From positions 1-64,000 of the forward strand of contig JBJOKS010000012.1 in assembly GCA_046045965.1 (NCBI GenBank): a DNA stretch of 64,000 bases, read 5' to 3'. The notes beneath the pieces were generated by a model. It saw only the letters and a program-made list of their open reading frames with translations, ran no database searches and was not told where the DNA came from. Of the stretch, positions 1-8,401 are shown one piece after another (the stretch's first letter is position 1; each line of letters begins with the position of its first letter). The stretch comes from Cyanobacteriota bacterium. GTDB lineage: Bacteria > Cyanobacteriota > Cyanobacteriia > Cyanobacteriales > Nostocaceae. Made by a program: the position numbers and the translations under genes.

Positions 1-109
1 CTTGAATTGAGATGGTATCTACATCATTCATCTCATTCAAAAAGCTTTCAGAATCTTGAAACAATTCAGAACCAGCAACGTTTAATTCAGAGAGTTGAAT
101 ACTTGCCAT
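1..109 (-). CDS. 5' part of a double-glycine-leader precursor peptide gene (runs off the left edge of the window)
   Basis: Bases 1-127 are identical to 408-534, covering the RBS (AGGAGG) and leader-coding part of the 83-aa ORF; ATG at 109. Confidence 0.75.
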   Translation of the reverse strand, partial: MASIQLSELNVAGSELFQDSESFLNEMNDVDTISIQ

Positions 110-264
110 AATTTCCTCCTAAAAGACTTGAGTTGTGGGAGCGTTAAGTTAGGTTTTACTTAATCGCTATTTCGATTGTGATTAATTGCTGAATTTGCTA
201 GGCTCTCCTGATTAATTACTAATCAAAATAGACCTATCTAGCTGATGATTTGATTACAAAGCTA

Positions 265-516
265 TTAGTAGCCGTAGCCGTGCTTAGAATCATCGCTGAA
301 TGATTTAGCTATAGATACAGCGGTATCAATAGCAAAACCTAATAACACAAATTCCTTACCTTTAATGCTGTAGTCAACTAATTTGGAGAACTGAGAAGCA
401 GCACCACCTTGAATTGAGATGGTATCTACATCATTCATCTCATTCAAAAAGCTTTCAGAATCTTGAAACAATTCAGAACCAGCAACGTTTAATTCAGAGA
501 GTTGAATACTTGCCAT
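265..516 (-). CDS. Putative bacteriocin/RiPP-like precursor with a double-glycine leader
   Basis: Strong SD AGGAGG; leader MASIQLSEL..GSELFQDSESFLNEM..ISIQGG followed by a 45-aa core. Confidence 0.75.
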   Translation of the reverse strand: MASIQLSELNVAGSELFQDSESFLNEMNDVDTISIQGGAASQFSKLVDYSIKGKEFVLLGFAIDTAVSIAKSFSDDSKHGYGY

Positions 517-623
517 AATTTCCTCCTAAAAGACGTGACTTGTCTTCAGTAATTAGAGTTGAACAGTTGAGTTGTCGTTTCCTTAACTGTTACTACTATT
601 TTTATTTAAAGATTTTCCAAAAA

Positions 624-672
624 TCAAGGCTTTGAACACTATTTACAGGACAGAAATAACGTGATTTTGTCT
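624..672 (-). promoter_or_regulatory. Conserved promoter block with imperfect palindrome GACAGAA-N9-TTTTGTC and a TTGA -35-like element
   Basis: Aligns without gaps to 1162-1210 with identical spacing. Confidence 0.55.
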
Positions 673-718
673 TTTTTATCAACTGATATTGTGCTAGTTC
701 AATAAAATTGTCATATCT

Positions 719-754
719 AAAAAAAGAGTGCTTTGATAAAATATCAAAACACCC
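719..754 (-). terminator. Intrinsic terminator downstream of the 78-aa ORF
   Basis: Minus strand GGGTGTTTTGATA-TTT-TATCAAAGCACTC followed by a T tract. Confidence 0.65.
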
Positions 755-825
755 TTTACAAATTAGCTGGATTTTCATGATGGAGCCGTCAAATAATGCC
801 CAATTTTAGTCTTTATAGACAGCTA

Positions 826-1062
826 TTAAAATTCAAATTCTTGCTGCAAAAGGGCATAATTTTCATTTAGCTCTTTCTGCCAGGAATCAATCCTAGTATC
901 TAGTGATTGCAGTCCTGTGGATGAGTTCCTGCGCTCACGTGAAATTGGTTCTCTTCTTCTTCTGATACCACCCTGGATATGATTCATATCTTCAGAATTT
1001 AGGTCATTGAGAATTTCTGTGTCAATGCTTGGTTTTAGGTCATCAATTCTTATGCTTACCAT
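826..1062 (-). CDS. Putative double-glycine-leader precursor peptide with an Arg-rich core
   Basis: SD GGAGGTG; leader ...ILNDLNSEDMNHIQGG followed by IRRRREPISRERR. Confidence 0.65.
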   Translation of the reverse strand: MVSIRIDDLKPSIDTEILNDLNSEDMNHIQGGIRRRREPISRERRNSSTGLQSLDTRIDSWQKELNENYALLQQEFEF

Positions 1063-1161
1063 TTTGTCACCTCCCTAAATACATTTGTGTTGGTAATTAG
1101 TTGAAAAATTGTCAAAATTTTAAAATCCTGTTCTTATATTGTGAATTAGAACCAGATTAAG

Positions 1162-1210
1162 TCAAGGTTTTGAGAACTATTTCCCAGACAGAATTTAAGG
1201 AGTTTTGTCT
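1162..1210 (-). promoter_or_regulatory. Second copy of the promoter block (GACAGAA-N9-TTTTGTC; TTGACT -35-like)
   Basis: Matches 624-672. Confidence 0.55.
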
Positions 1211-1289
1211 GTGAAACTGATAGTTTTTTATAAATCCCAGCTTCTATAACTAAAGGCGCAGTTATTCGTGTCTATACCATAAAAAACAA

Positions 1290-1321
1290 AATTCCCGACT
1301 TTTATAAGAAGTCGAGAATCT
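1290..1321. repeat. Dispersed hairpin repeat (CCCGACTT...AAGTCG[G/A]GA), probably REP/terminator-like
   Basis: Related copies or half copies near 23718-23756, 61323-61334, 62060-62071 and 63831-63862, all at gene 3' ends. Confidence 0.6.
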
Positions 1322-1340
1322 AAACTGCAAATAGTTGGTT

Positions 1341-2840
1341 TTATTTCTGTGCTTGGGTTTGGGAACCGGGAATAGTTACATCTATTGGTGTCACCGTAGC
1401 TGCTAACTGGGTTAATGGTGGTTTAATAGCGGTTTGATTTCCTACTACTAGGGTGACGAGATTTTCTGGTTTGAGGTATTTTTTCGCTACTTTCTGTACA
1501 TCTGCTGTTGTGGTTGCGGTGACAGCTTTTTGATAACGAAACAGAAAATCAGCGGGATAACCATAATATTCGTAGCGCATCAACCGGGATAAAGTTTGGC
1601 TGGGGTCTTGAAAATTGAATACAAAAGAATTGAGAGTAGATTCTTTGGCATAATTTAATTCTTTTGCTGTCACCGGTTGATTTTGGATCCGTTTAATTTC
1701 GGTTTGCAAGGCGTTGACAAATTGTACTGTAGCATCAGAACGGGTTTGTCCACCGGCGATGAACATTCCCGGATAATCGAAACGGGGACTCCAGGAACCG
1801 TATACAGAATAAGCTAAACCTTGACGCGATCGCACTTCATTAAATAAGCGTCCCCCAAACCCATTTAACACCCCATTCATTACATCTAAGGCTGCATAGT
1901 CAGGACTATCGAACTTTCCACCCAGATGTCCCATGAGAATGTTACTTTGGGTGAGTTGGGGTTGGTTGACAAAAAATACACCACCTAAATTAGCTGGTGA
2001 CACTTCTGGTAACTGCGTTTTAGCGATTTTGGGGTTGGGTTTCCAGTCACCTAACTTAGTTTGAATGAGCGATCGCATTTTTTGGGGGTTAAAATCGCCG
2101 ACAATTCCCAAAATCATATTATTGGGATGAAAATATTGCTGGTAGAATTTCTGTACATCCTCACGGCTAATTTTATCCAGAGTCGCATATTCTACTGTGC
2201 GAGCATAAGGGCTATCCTGTCCATAGATTAATTTTCTAAACTCCCGACTAGCGATACTGCTAGGATCATCATTGCGACGAGCAATACCACCCTTAGCCTG
2301 AGTTTTAATCAAATCTAACTTTTCTTGAGCAAAGGCTGGTTCTCGCAACACCTCCGCAAACAACCCAAACACCGTTTCTAAATCTTCAGTCAAACTATCA
2401 AAACTAGCACTACCAGTAGCTTCAGCAATATCGGTTTCTACAGATGCGGCTTTTTGTTCCAAAATCTCATTTAATTGATCAGGCGAATGCTTGATAGTTC
2501 CACCTGTCCGCATCAGTGAACCAACAACATCAGCTAACCCGGCCTGCTCACCTGCTTCCAAACGGCTTCCGGTTTTGACAAGTGTTGTCCCACTTACCAA
2601 AGGTAACTCATGATCCTCCATTAAATAGACAACCAAGCCGTTATCTAGGACAAACCGTTCATACTTAGGTAGCTTAATCTCCGACACAGGCGTAAACTGT
2701 AAATCGGTGTAATGCTTTGCTGCTGCTGTCGCTACCCAAGAAAAATTAAAAGTCAACAAAAAAGCCACAACCAAAGCGGAAATAAACCGCCATCTCTTAG
2801 AAAATTTCAGTGAAAACTTCAAGTTTTTACCCTTCACCAT
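1341..2840 (-). CDS. M16 family (pitrilysin-like) peptidase, non-catalytic-type subunit, secreted
   Basis: M16 C-terminal motifs (SRLFNEVR-like RLFNEVRSRQGLAY); no HxxEH; N-terminal signal peptide. Confidence 0.9.
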   Translation of the reverse strand: MVKGKNLKFSLKFSKRWRFISALVVAFLLTFNFSWVATAAAKHYTDLQFTPVSEIKLPKYERFVLDNGLVVYLMEDHELPLVSGTTLVKTGSRLEAGEQAGLADVVGSLMRTGGTIKHSPDQLNEILEQKAASVETDIAEATGSASFDSLTEDLETVFGLFAEVLREPAFAQEKLDLIKTQAKGGIARRNDDPSSIASREFRKLIYGQDSPYARTVEYATLDKISREDVQKFYQQYFHPNNMILGIVGDFNPQKMRSLIQTKLGDWKPNPKIAKTQLPEVSPANLGGVFFVNQPQLTQSNILMGHLGGKFDSPDYAALDVMNGVLNGFGGRLFNEVRSRQGLAYSVYGSWSPRFDYPGMFIAGGQTRSDATVQFVNALQTEIKRIQNQPVTAKELNYAKESTLNSFVFNFQDPSQTLSRLMRYEYYGYPADFLFRYQKAVTATTTADVQKVAKKYLKPENLVTLVVGNQTAIKPPLTQLAATVTPIDVTIPGSQTQAQK

Positions 2841-2867
2841 TTTTTTATTTCTATCCTCTATTTTTTA

Positions 2868-2946
2868 ACAGGGAACAGGGAACAGGGAACAGGGAACAGG
2901 GAACAGGAAACAGAATTTTTGACTTTTGACTTTTGACTTTTGACTT
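2868..2946. repeat. STRR 7-bp tandem repeats (AACAGGG)n and (TTTTGAC)n
   Basis: Directly visible. Confidence 0.9.
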
Positions 2947-2968
2947 GATTCTCCCCAGTCCCCAGTCC

Positions 2969-4663
2969 TTAACCTTGCTTCGACAACAACTTACCAACGG
3001 TACGATTTTCCGGGGTAAAAGTTGCCTGTGCTACCCGTTGAATATCCGCAGGTGTGACTGCTGCAATATCCTCTAACTGTTTAAACAAATTCCGCCACGA
3101 GCCGGTTTTGACTTCATATTCCAACAACTGCTGCGCCATACCCATATTAGAGTCGAGACTACGCAATAAACCGGCCCTGGCTTGGGTTTTCACACGCTGT
3201 AATTCTGTTGCGGATACAGGTTGTGTTTTCAATTTTTCAATTTCTTTACTGAGAGCGATCGCTAAATCATCAACTGTGTGACCGGGAGCAGTTAGGGCAT
3301 AAAATAACATCAAATTGGGGTATTTATCACCGGGGAAGCCGCTAATACCCTGAGCAGCCAACGCTATCCGCTGTGTTTCTATCAAAGACTTATACAGTCG
3401 TGAAGTGCGGCCATCACTCAATAAACTGCCAATGATGTCATAAACTGCATTATCAGCATCGGTGATACCTGGACGGTGATAACCTTCAAAATACCAAGGT
3501 TGAGAAGGTAGCTCTAAAGTAACTTCCCTGGTTGCAGTTTGTTTTGGTTCTGGGGTAATTTTTGCTTGTGCTTTGGGTTTAGCCTGATAACGTCCAAAGT
3601 AAATTTTGGCTAATTTTTTGACTTCATCAGGGTTAACATCACCAACAACAGCGATGGTTAAATTGCTGGGGACATAGTAATTCTCAAAAAACTGCTTGAC
3701 ATTTGCTGGTGTTAAGTTGCGGATATCTTCGTCATAACCTATTACTGGTCTTCTGTAGGGATGAACTTTGAAAGCAGTATCCACAAATTTTTCCACCATT
3801 GAACCGACGGGAGAATTATCAACTCGCATCCGTCGTTCTTCCAAAATTACATCTTTTTCTTTATAAAATTCTCGAAATACAGGATCTAAAAATCGCTCTG
3901 ACTCCAAAGACATCCACAGTTCCAACTTATTAGCAGGAAAACTATAAAAATAACGGGTAGCTTCGCTGGAAGTAGTGGCGTTTAAACCGACACCCCCCGC
4001 TTGCTCAACAATTTTGCCCATTTCATTTTGCTTAACTAGCTTGACTGCTTGAGCTTCTACTGACTTAAACTCGGCTTCCAACTTTGCTAAGTCGTCTTGT
4101 TTGTTTTTGGTTTTAGCCGTTCTAATTTGAGCATCTAACTGTTCTAAGCGGTCTAGTAATGGTTTTTCGGCTTTGTAGTCGGTTGTACCAATGCGTCTTG
4201 TCCCTTTAAAAGCCAAATGTTCTAAAAAGTGCGCTACTCCTGTTTGTCCATCTGGTTCATCTATGCCTCCAACATCAGCATAGGTGACAAAGGAAACTAC
4301 TGGTGCTTGATGTCGTTCTAAAACAATGAATTTCAAACCATTATCGAGGCGAAATTCTGTTAACTGGTTCACCACCCGATCTAAATAGGGTTGAATAGAA
4401 GTTTGGCTGGGTTGCAGTGCTATAGCGGCTTGGGGAGTCAAACCTAAACAAAATATCATCAACGCCAACGCAACTGACAACAGACGAGTGCCAAAATGGG
4501 AAAAAGGCGATTGGAAATCGCTACTACACAAACGAAGTCCAGATGGTGCGTGGACTGGGGAAATATCTTCGGTTTTCAACCCACGTAGGTGGGTTTTGTC
4601 TGTGTAGCTGTGATTTCCAATCGCTTTGTTTAACCTTAACCAATGCAAAATCGAATGTTTCAT
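2969..4663 (-). CDS. M16 family zinc peptidase, catalytic subunit
   Basis: HFLEH inverted zinc motif; start uncertain (ORF extends to 4771; ATG at 4663 preferred). Confidence 0.9.
   Translation of the reverse strand: MKHSILHWLRLNKAIGNHSYTDKTHLRGLKTEDISPVHAPSGLRLCSSDFQSPFSHFGTRLLSVALALMIFCLGLTPQAAIALQPSQTSIQPYLDRVVNQLTEFRLDNGLKFIVLERHQAPVVSFVTYADVGGIDEPDGQTGVAHFLEHLAFKGTRRIGTTDYKAEKPLLDRLEQLDAQIRTAKTKNKQDDLAKLEAEFKSVEAQAVKLVKQNEMGKIVEQAGGVGLNATTSSEATRYFYSFPANKLELWMSLESERFLDPVFREFYKEKDVILEERRMRVDNSPVGSMVEKFVDTAFKVHPYRRPVIGYDEDIRNLTPANVKQFFENYYVPSNLTIAVVGDVNPDEVKKLAKIYFGRYQAKPKAQAKITPEPKQTATREVTLELPSQPWYFEGYHRPGITDADNAVYDIIGSLLSDGRTSRLYKSLIETQRIALAAQGISGFPGDKYPNLMLFYALTAPGHTVDDLAIALSKEIEKLKTQPVSATELQRVKTQARAGLLRSLDSNMGMAQQLLEYEVKTGSWRNLFKQLEDIAAVTPADIQRVAQATFTPENRTVGKLLSKQG
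4507..4624. mobile_element. Palindromic miniature repeat element within the 5' part of the M16 peptidase ORF
   Basis: 13-bp TIR GCGATTGGAAATC/GATTTCCAATCGC, internal hairpins, related copy at 12322-12436. Confidence 0.7.
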
Positions 4664-4814
4664 AGCAAAAATTAAAGTAAATTTACACTTCTTGAGAATT
4701 GGGTTAATTAGCAAACACAGCGTTAATCTTGTATTAAGCTTTTCGGGCTTTTTGGATTTGATGTTAGACAATATTGCTACAATTCGTGTTCCTGTGATAC
4801 AGCAATAACTACTT

Positions 4815-5429
4815 ATGCGAGTTTTTAATTCTCCCCCACCCTCAGAAGCTCAAACCCGTGGACGCATTCTTCAAGCGGCACAGCGGTTATTTGCATCTCA
4901 GGGATTTGATGGTACTACAACCCGTGACTTAGCACAGGCCGCAGGGGTAGCTGAGGGTACACTCTTTCGTCATTTTGCCAATAAAAAGGCAATTTTGGTA
5001 GAGGTGGCAACTAGTGGCTGGGTGGATATTCTCACAGATTTACTCACAGAATTGAGTGAAATGGGTAGTTATAAGGCTGTAGCCCAGGTAATGCGCCGCA
5101 GAATGTGGAATATGCACAAAAATGTGGAAATAATGCGGGTTTGTTTCATGGAAGTGCAGTTTCATCCAGATTTGCGCGATCGCATTCAAACCGAAGTGAT
5201 TGATAAAATGACCGATGTCGCTGAAGCATTCTTTCAAACGGCAATGGATAGAGGAATCTATCGCCAGATGGATGCCAAATTAGTGGCTAAGGTGTTTTTG
5301 GGAATGTTTGCGATCGCAGGTTTTTCTGATAATACCCTCCTTGAACCTAATGCGTCCCCCCAAGAAATGCAACAAATGGCCGAAGGACTGGCTGATATTT
5401 TCTTAAACGGTGTGTTAGCGAAGGAATAG
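4815..5429 (+). CDS. TetR/AcrR family transcriptional regulator
   Basis: N-terminal HTH (TTTRDLAQAAGVAEGTLFRHF). Confidence 0.92.
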   Translation: MRVFNSPPPSEAQTRGRILQAAQRLFASQGFDGTTTRDLAQAAGVAEGTLFRHFANKKAILVEVATSGWVDILTDLLTELSEMGSYKAVAQVMRRRMWNMHKNVEIMRVCFMEVQFHPDLRDRIQTEVIDKMTDVAEAFFQTAMDRGIYRQMDAKLVAKVFLGMFAIAGFSDNTLLEPNASPQEMQQMAEGLADIFLNGVLAKE

Positions 5430-5458
5430 GGACTGGGGAGATGGGGAGAAAACGAGAT

Positions 5459-5490
5459 AATTATGAATTATGAATTATGAATTATGAATT
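5459..5490. repeat. STRR (AATTATG)n
   Basis: Directly visible. Confidence 0.85.
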
Positions 5491-5934
5491 CTAAATTATC
5501 TTCGCTTGTTGACTCCATTGTTGCACCAACTCAACTGCTGGACACAAATCACGACGCTGGAATGTTGCTACTTGCAAACGCATAATTTGTTTGTGTAATC
5601 TGTGAGTGGGAATTTCCCCTAACTGCGTCACCGAAATCACACCAGCATGAAGTAATAAACCACAATATTGAGTTCCCACACTGGGAAGACGTGCGAGATC
5701 AGCCAAAGCTATCCATTTACTCACATATTGAAGATTTACTTGTAATTTACTGGCTAATGCAAGTTTAGCTGCTGGTGTTTTCCCTTGTTTAACTAAATCC
5801 AGTGTACTTTTAATCTCACAACTTTGCAATTTTAAAAGTTCTTCTTGACTTAATCCTGGTAATTTTTCAATCGGCCAGTCACAAGGTTTTAAGACACTTT
5901 TATTACTTTTAATCTTTATCTGTTTCGTGTTCAT
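5491..5934 (-). CDS. DUF4332 domain protein (HhH-like)
   Basis: WIALADLARLPSVGTQYCGLLLHAGV motif. Confidence 0.8.
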   Translation of the reverse strand: MNTKQIKIKSNKSVLKPCDWPIEKLPGLSQEELLKLQSCEIKSTLDLVKQGKTPAAKLALASKLQVNLQYVSKWIALADLARLPSVGTQYCGLLLHAGVISVTQLGEIPTHRLHKQIMRLQVATFQRRDLCPAVELVQQWSQQAKII

Positions 5935-5964
5935 TACTGCCTTTTAGTAATGTAAATTGCAACT

Positions 5965-6004
5965 GTCAGAATCAGGATGTCCAGGATTTAAGGATGAACA
6001 GGAT
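5965..6004. repeat. Dispersed repeat (TGTCAGAATCAGGATGTCCAGGATT...)
   Basis: Reverse-complement near-copy at about 63050-63090. Confidence 0.65.
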
Positions 6005-6038
6005 AAAAATAGGAATTTCATCATCCCCTGTTTACTGT

Positions 6039-6836
6039 CTACCTATTACCTAATAACTCACCACGCATTACAGTTATAGCTTGTCCAGCTAGAAAAACGC
6101 GCTTCTCACCAGGATAATTAACCTTAACAACACCACCCCGACTAGAAGCTTGATAAGCTAAAAACTCATCTTTTTTCAACTTTTCGCGCCAAAATGGTGC
6201 TAAACAACAATGTGCTGCACCAGTCACCGGATCTTCATCAATACCCAACCCAGGGGCAAAAAACCGTGATACAAAATCATATTCTGAATCACCAATACTC
6301 GTAACAATCACATTAGCAACAGGTAAGTTTTTCATCTGTTGAAAATTCGGCTGCATTTCTCGCACTAATTGAGCAGATTCAACTTCTACTAAATAACCAA
6401 GAGAATTGAGATAAACTGATTTATAAGCAACTCCTAAAACTTCATTTAATTCTGATGTTGATTCTATGGGTTCAGAATGATTTACAGGGAAATCTAACTC
6501 AATCCAATCGCCTTTTAATTTGGCAATTAATACACCACTTTTGCTATAGAAACGGGCTTCTTGATCCAATGATAAATGTCCCTCTGACCATAATACATGG
6601 GCGCTGGCTAAAGTGGCATGACCACATAAAGGAACTTCTACCGATGGGGTAAACCAACGCAAATTAAAACCGTCATTTTGTTTAATTAAAAAAGCGGTTT
6701 CTGATAAGTTCATTTCTTGGGCAACTTTTTGCATCCAGTCGTCTGGTTGGGGAGTTGCTAATACACAAACTGCGGCTGGGTTGCCTTTAAATGGTGTATT
6801 GGTGAAAGCATCAACTTGGGTAATGATTTGGTTCAT
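6039..6836 (-). CDS. PhzF family isomerase
   Basis: VDAFT..F.GNPA, EMNLSET, EVPLCGHAT and EDPVTG motifs. Confidence 0.93.
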   Translation of the reverse strand: MNQIITQVDAFTNTPFKGNPAAVCVLATPQPDDWMQKVAQEMNLSETAFLIKQNDGFNLRWFTPSVEVPLCGHATLASAHVLWSEGHLSLDQEARFYSKSGVLIAKLKGDWIELDFPVNHSEPIESTSELNEVLGVAYKSVYLNSLGYLVEVESAQLVREMQPNFQQMKNLPVANVIVTSIGDSEYDFVSRFFAPGLGIDEDPVTGAAHCCLAPFWREKLKKDEFLAYQASSRGGVVKVNYPGEKRVFLAGQAITVMRGELLGNR

Positions 6837-6925
6837 AATGAGGGTAAGAAGTTAAGATTTAGCTCACGCAAAGACGCAGAGACGCAAAGGAAGAGAAGTA
6901 TCTTTCTATTCTTCAACAAATAATC

Positions 6926-7489
6926 TTAAAAAGCAACATCTTCATAAACATCAGTTAGAGGACAAGAAAAATTCACACTGGTTAATTCTAATTGTTGATT
7001 TCCTCTATAGCTATAAAGAACCCATCTTCCTTCAGAATTGCGCCGAAAACAGTCAACTCGTTGGCGATTTTGACTAACTAAAACATATTCTTGTAAAGTG
7101 TCTAATTCTTGATAATCACTAAATTTATCACCTCTATCTAAGGCTTCTGTAGAAGGTGATAAAACTTCAATGATTAAACTTGGATAGCGTTTAAAATATT
7201 CAAATTGTGTATCTCTTGAATCGCAAGTTACCATAATATCAGGATAATAGAAAATATCTAGAGATTCAATTCTCGCTTTCATATCAGCGACGTAAAGCCG
7301 GCATCCTGTACCACGAATATGATTTCTTAAAAGGGCGACTAAGTTAGCAGTAATTGTTACATGAGCGTCACTAGCCCCAGCCATTGCGTAAATTTGCCCT
7401 TGGATATATTCATGTTTAATAGGGCTGGATTTTTCAGCTTCTAGGTACTCTTCTGGGGAAAGATAGGGGTGAGATTGGCTAAGAGTCAT
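6926..7489 (-). CDS. Uma2 family endonuclease-like protein
   Basis: YPD..V, IIEVLSPSTEALDRGDKF. Confidence 0.92.
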   Translation of the reverse strand: MTLSQSHPYLSPEEYLEAEKSSPIKHEYIQGQIYAMAGASDAHVTITANLVALLRNHIRGTGCRLYVADMKARIESLDIFYYPDIMVTCDSRDTQFEYFKRYPSLIIEVLSPSTEALDRGDKFSDYQELDTLQEYVLVSQNRQRVDCFRRNSEGRWVLYSYRGNQQLELTSVNFSCPLTDVYEDVAF

Positions 7490-7550
7490 ATCAAAAAATT
7501 ATTATATTGATTATTTAGATAATATCATATATGGTGTTACAATATTAGTT

Positions 7551-7886
7551 ATGATTGAGGTTAAGAATATGACTCCGTTAACATCAAAACAACCAGCACG
7601 ACGCGGAAGAATTTTTCCTGAATTGACTATCTCACCAGAAGAATTAGCTAGACGAGAAGCGGAAGATGAAATATTTTATCAACGTTGTCGGGCAATTTTT
7701 GATCGTGTCTGTTCTGAATATATTGAAAGTCACTATGGTTGGTATATTGGCATAGAACCAAATAGTGGGGAATACTTTCTTGCTCAAGATAATATCCAAG
7801 CTCATAAAAAAGTCCTTGAAAAATACCCAAAGGCTAAAAATTATGTATTTTGTCTAAATGAAACAGGAACGACTGGGAGAATATGA
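7551..7886 (+). CDS. Small hypothetical protein, partner of the aspartic protease
   Basis: ATGA overlap with the next gene; start may be at 7569. Confidence 0.7.
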   Translation: MIEVKNMTPLTSKQPARRGRIFPELTISPEELARREAEDEIFYQRCRAIFDRVCSEYIESHYGWYIGIEPNSGEYFLAQDNIQAHKKVLEKYPKAKNYVFCLNETGTTGRI

Positions 7887-8245
7887 TTCAGGGAAATTTT
7901 GGTGGTGAGGGGCAGCTATTTTTTGAGATTGATTTGATTACTGCTGATGGGTTAAATTTGCCTGTAGATGCGATGTTAGATACAGGTTTTACCAAGTTTA
8001 TGGCAATCAATACTCAAGATTTGGATGGACTTGATTGGGTTTTTCTTGGTAATGAACCTATGCAAACAGCACAAGGTGAATCAAGATTTAATATCTATTT
8101 AGGTAAGGTAATATTGGCTGGACAAGAGTATGAAATTCCTGTTCATGTGGGGGATAATATTACAGAAGTTTTATTAGGCTCTGAATGGTTGAAGTTGTTG
8201 CGTTTGGTGGTGGATTTTCCAGAAGGTATTTTGACTTTGGGATAA
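7883..8245 (+). CDS. Clan AA (retropepsin-like) aspartic protease
   Basis: MLDTGF catalytic motif and C-terminal LLG motif. Confidence 0.8.
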   Translation: MIQGNFGGEGQLFFEIDLITADGLNLPVDAMLDTGFTKFMAINTQDLDGLDWVFLGNEPMQTAQGESRFNIYLGKVILAGQEYEIPVHVGDNITEVLLGSEWLKLLRLVVDFPEGILTLG

Positions 8246-8314
8246 TTTTTTATTTCGCGCAAAGATACAAAGGAGCAAAGTCGCAAAGGAAGAATCGTAA
8301 TCTCTTATTATATT

Positions 8315-8394
8315 CGTAGGTTGGGTTAAGCAAAGCGCAACCCAACGTAATAAAATTATAAAGATGTTGGGTTTCGTTCCTCAACCCAACCTAC
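8315..8394. repeat. REP-like inverted doublet (GTAGGTTGGGTT...AACCCAAC)
   Basis: GTAG/CTAC ends; related copies at 14838-14867 and 61770-61866. Confidence 0.75.
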
Positions 8395-8401
8395 ATAACT
8401 T

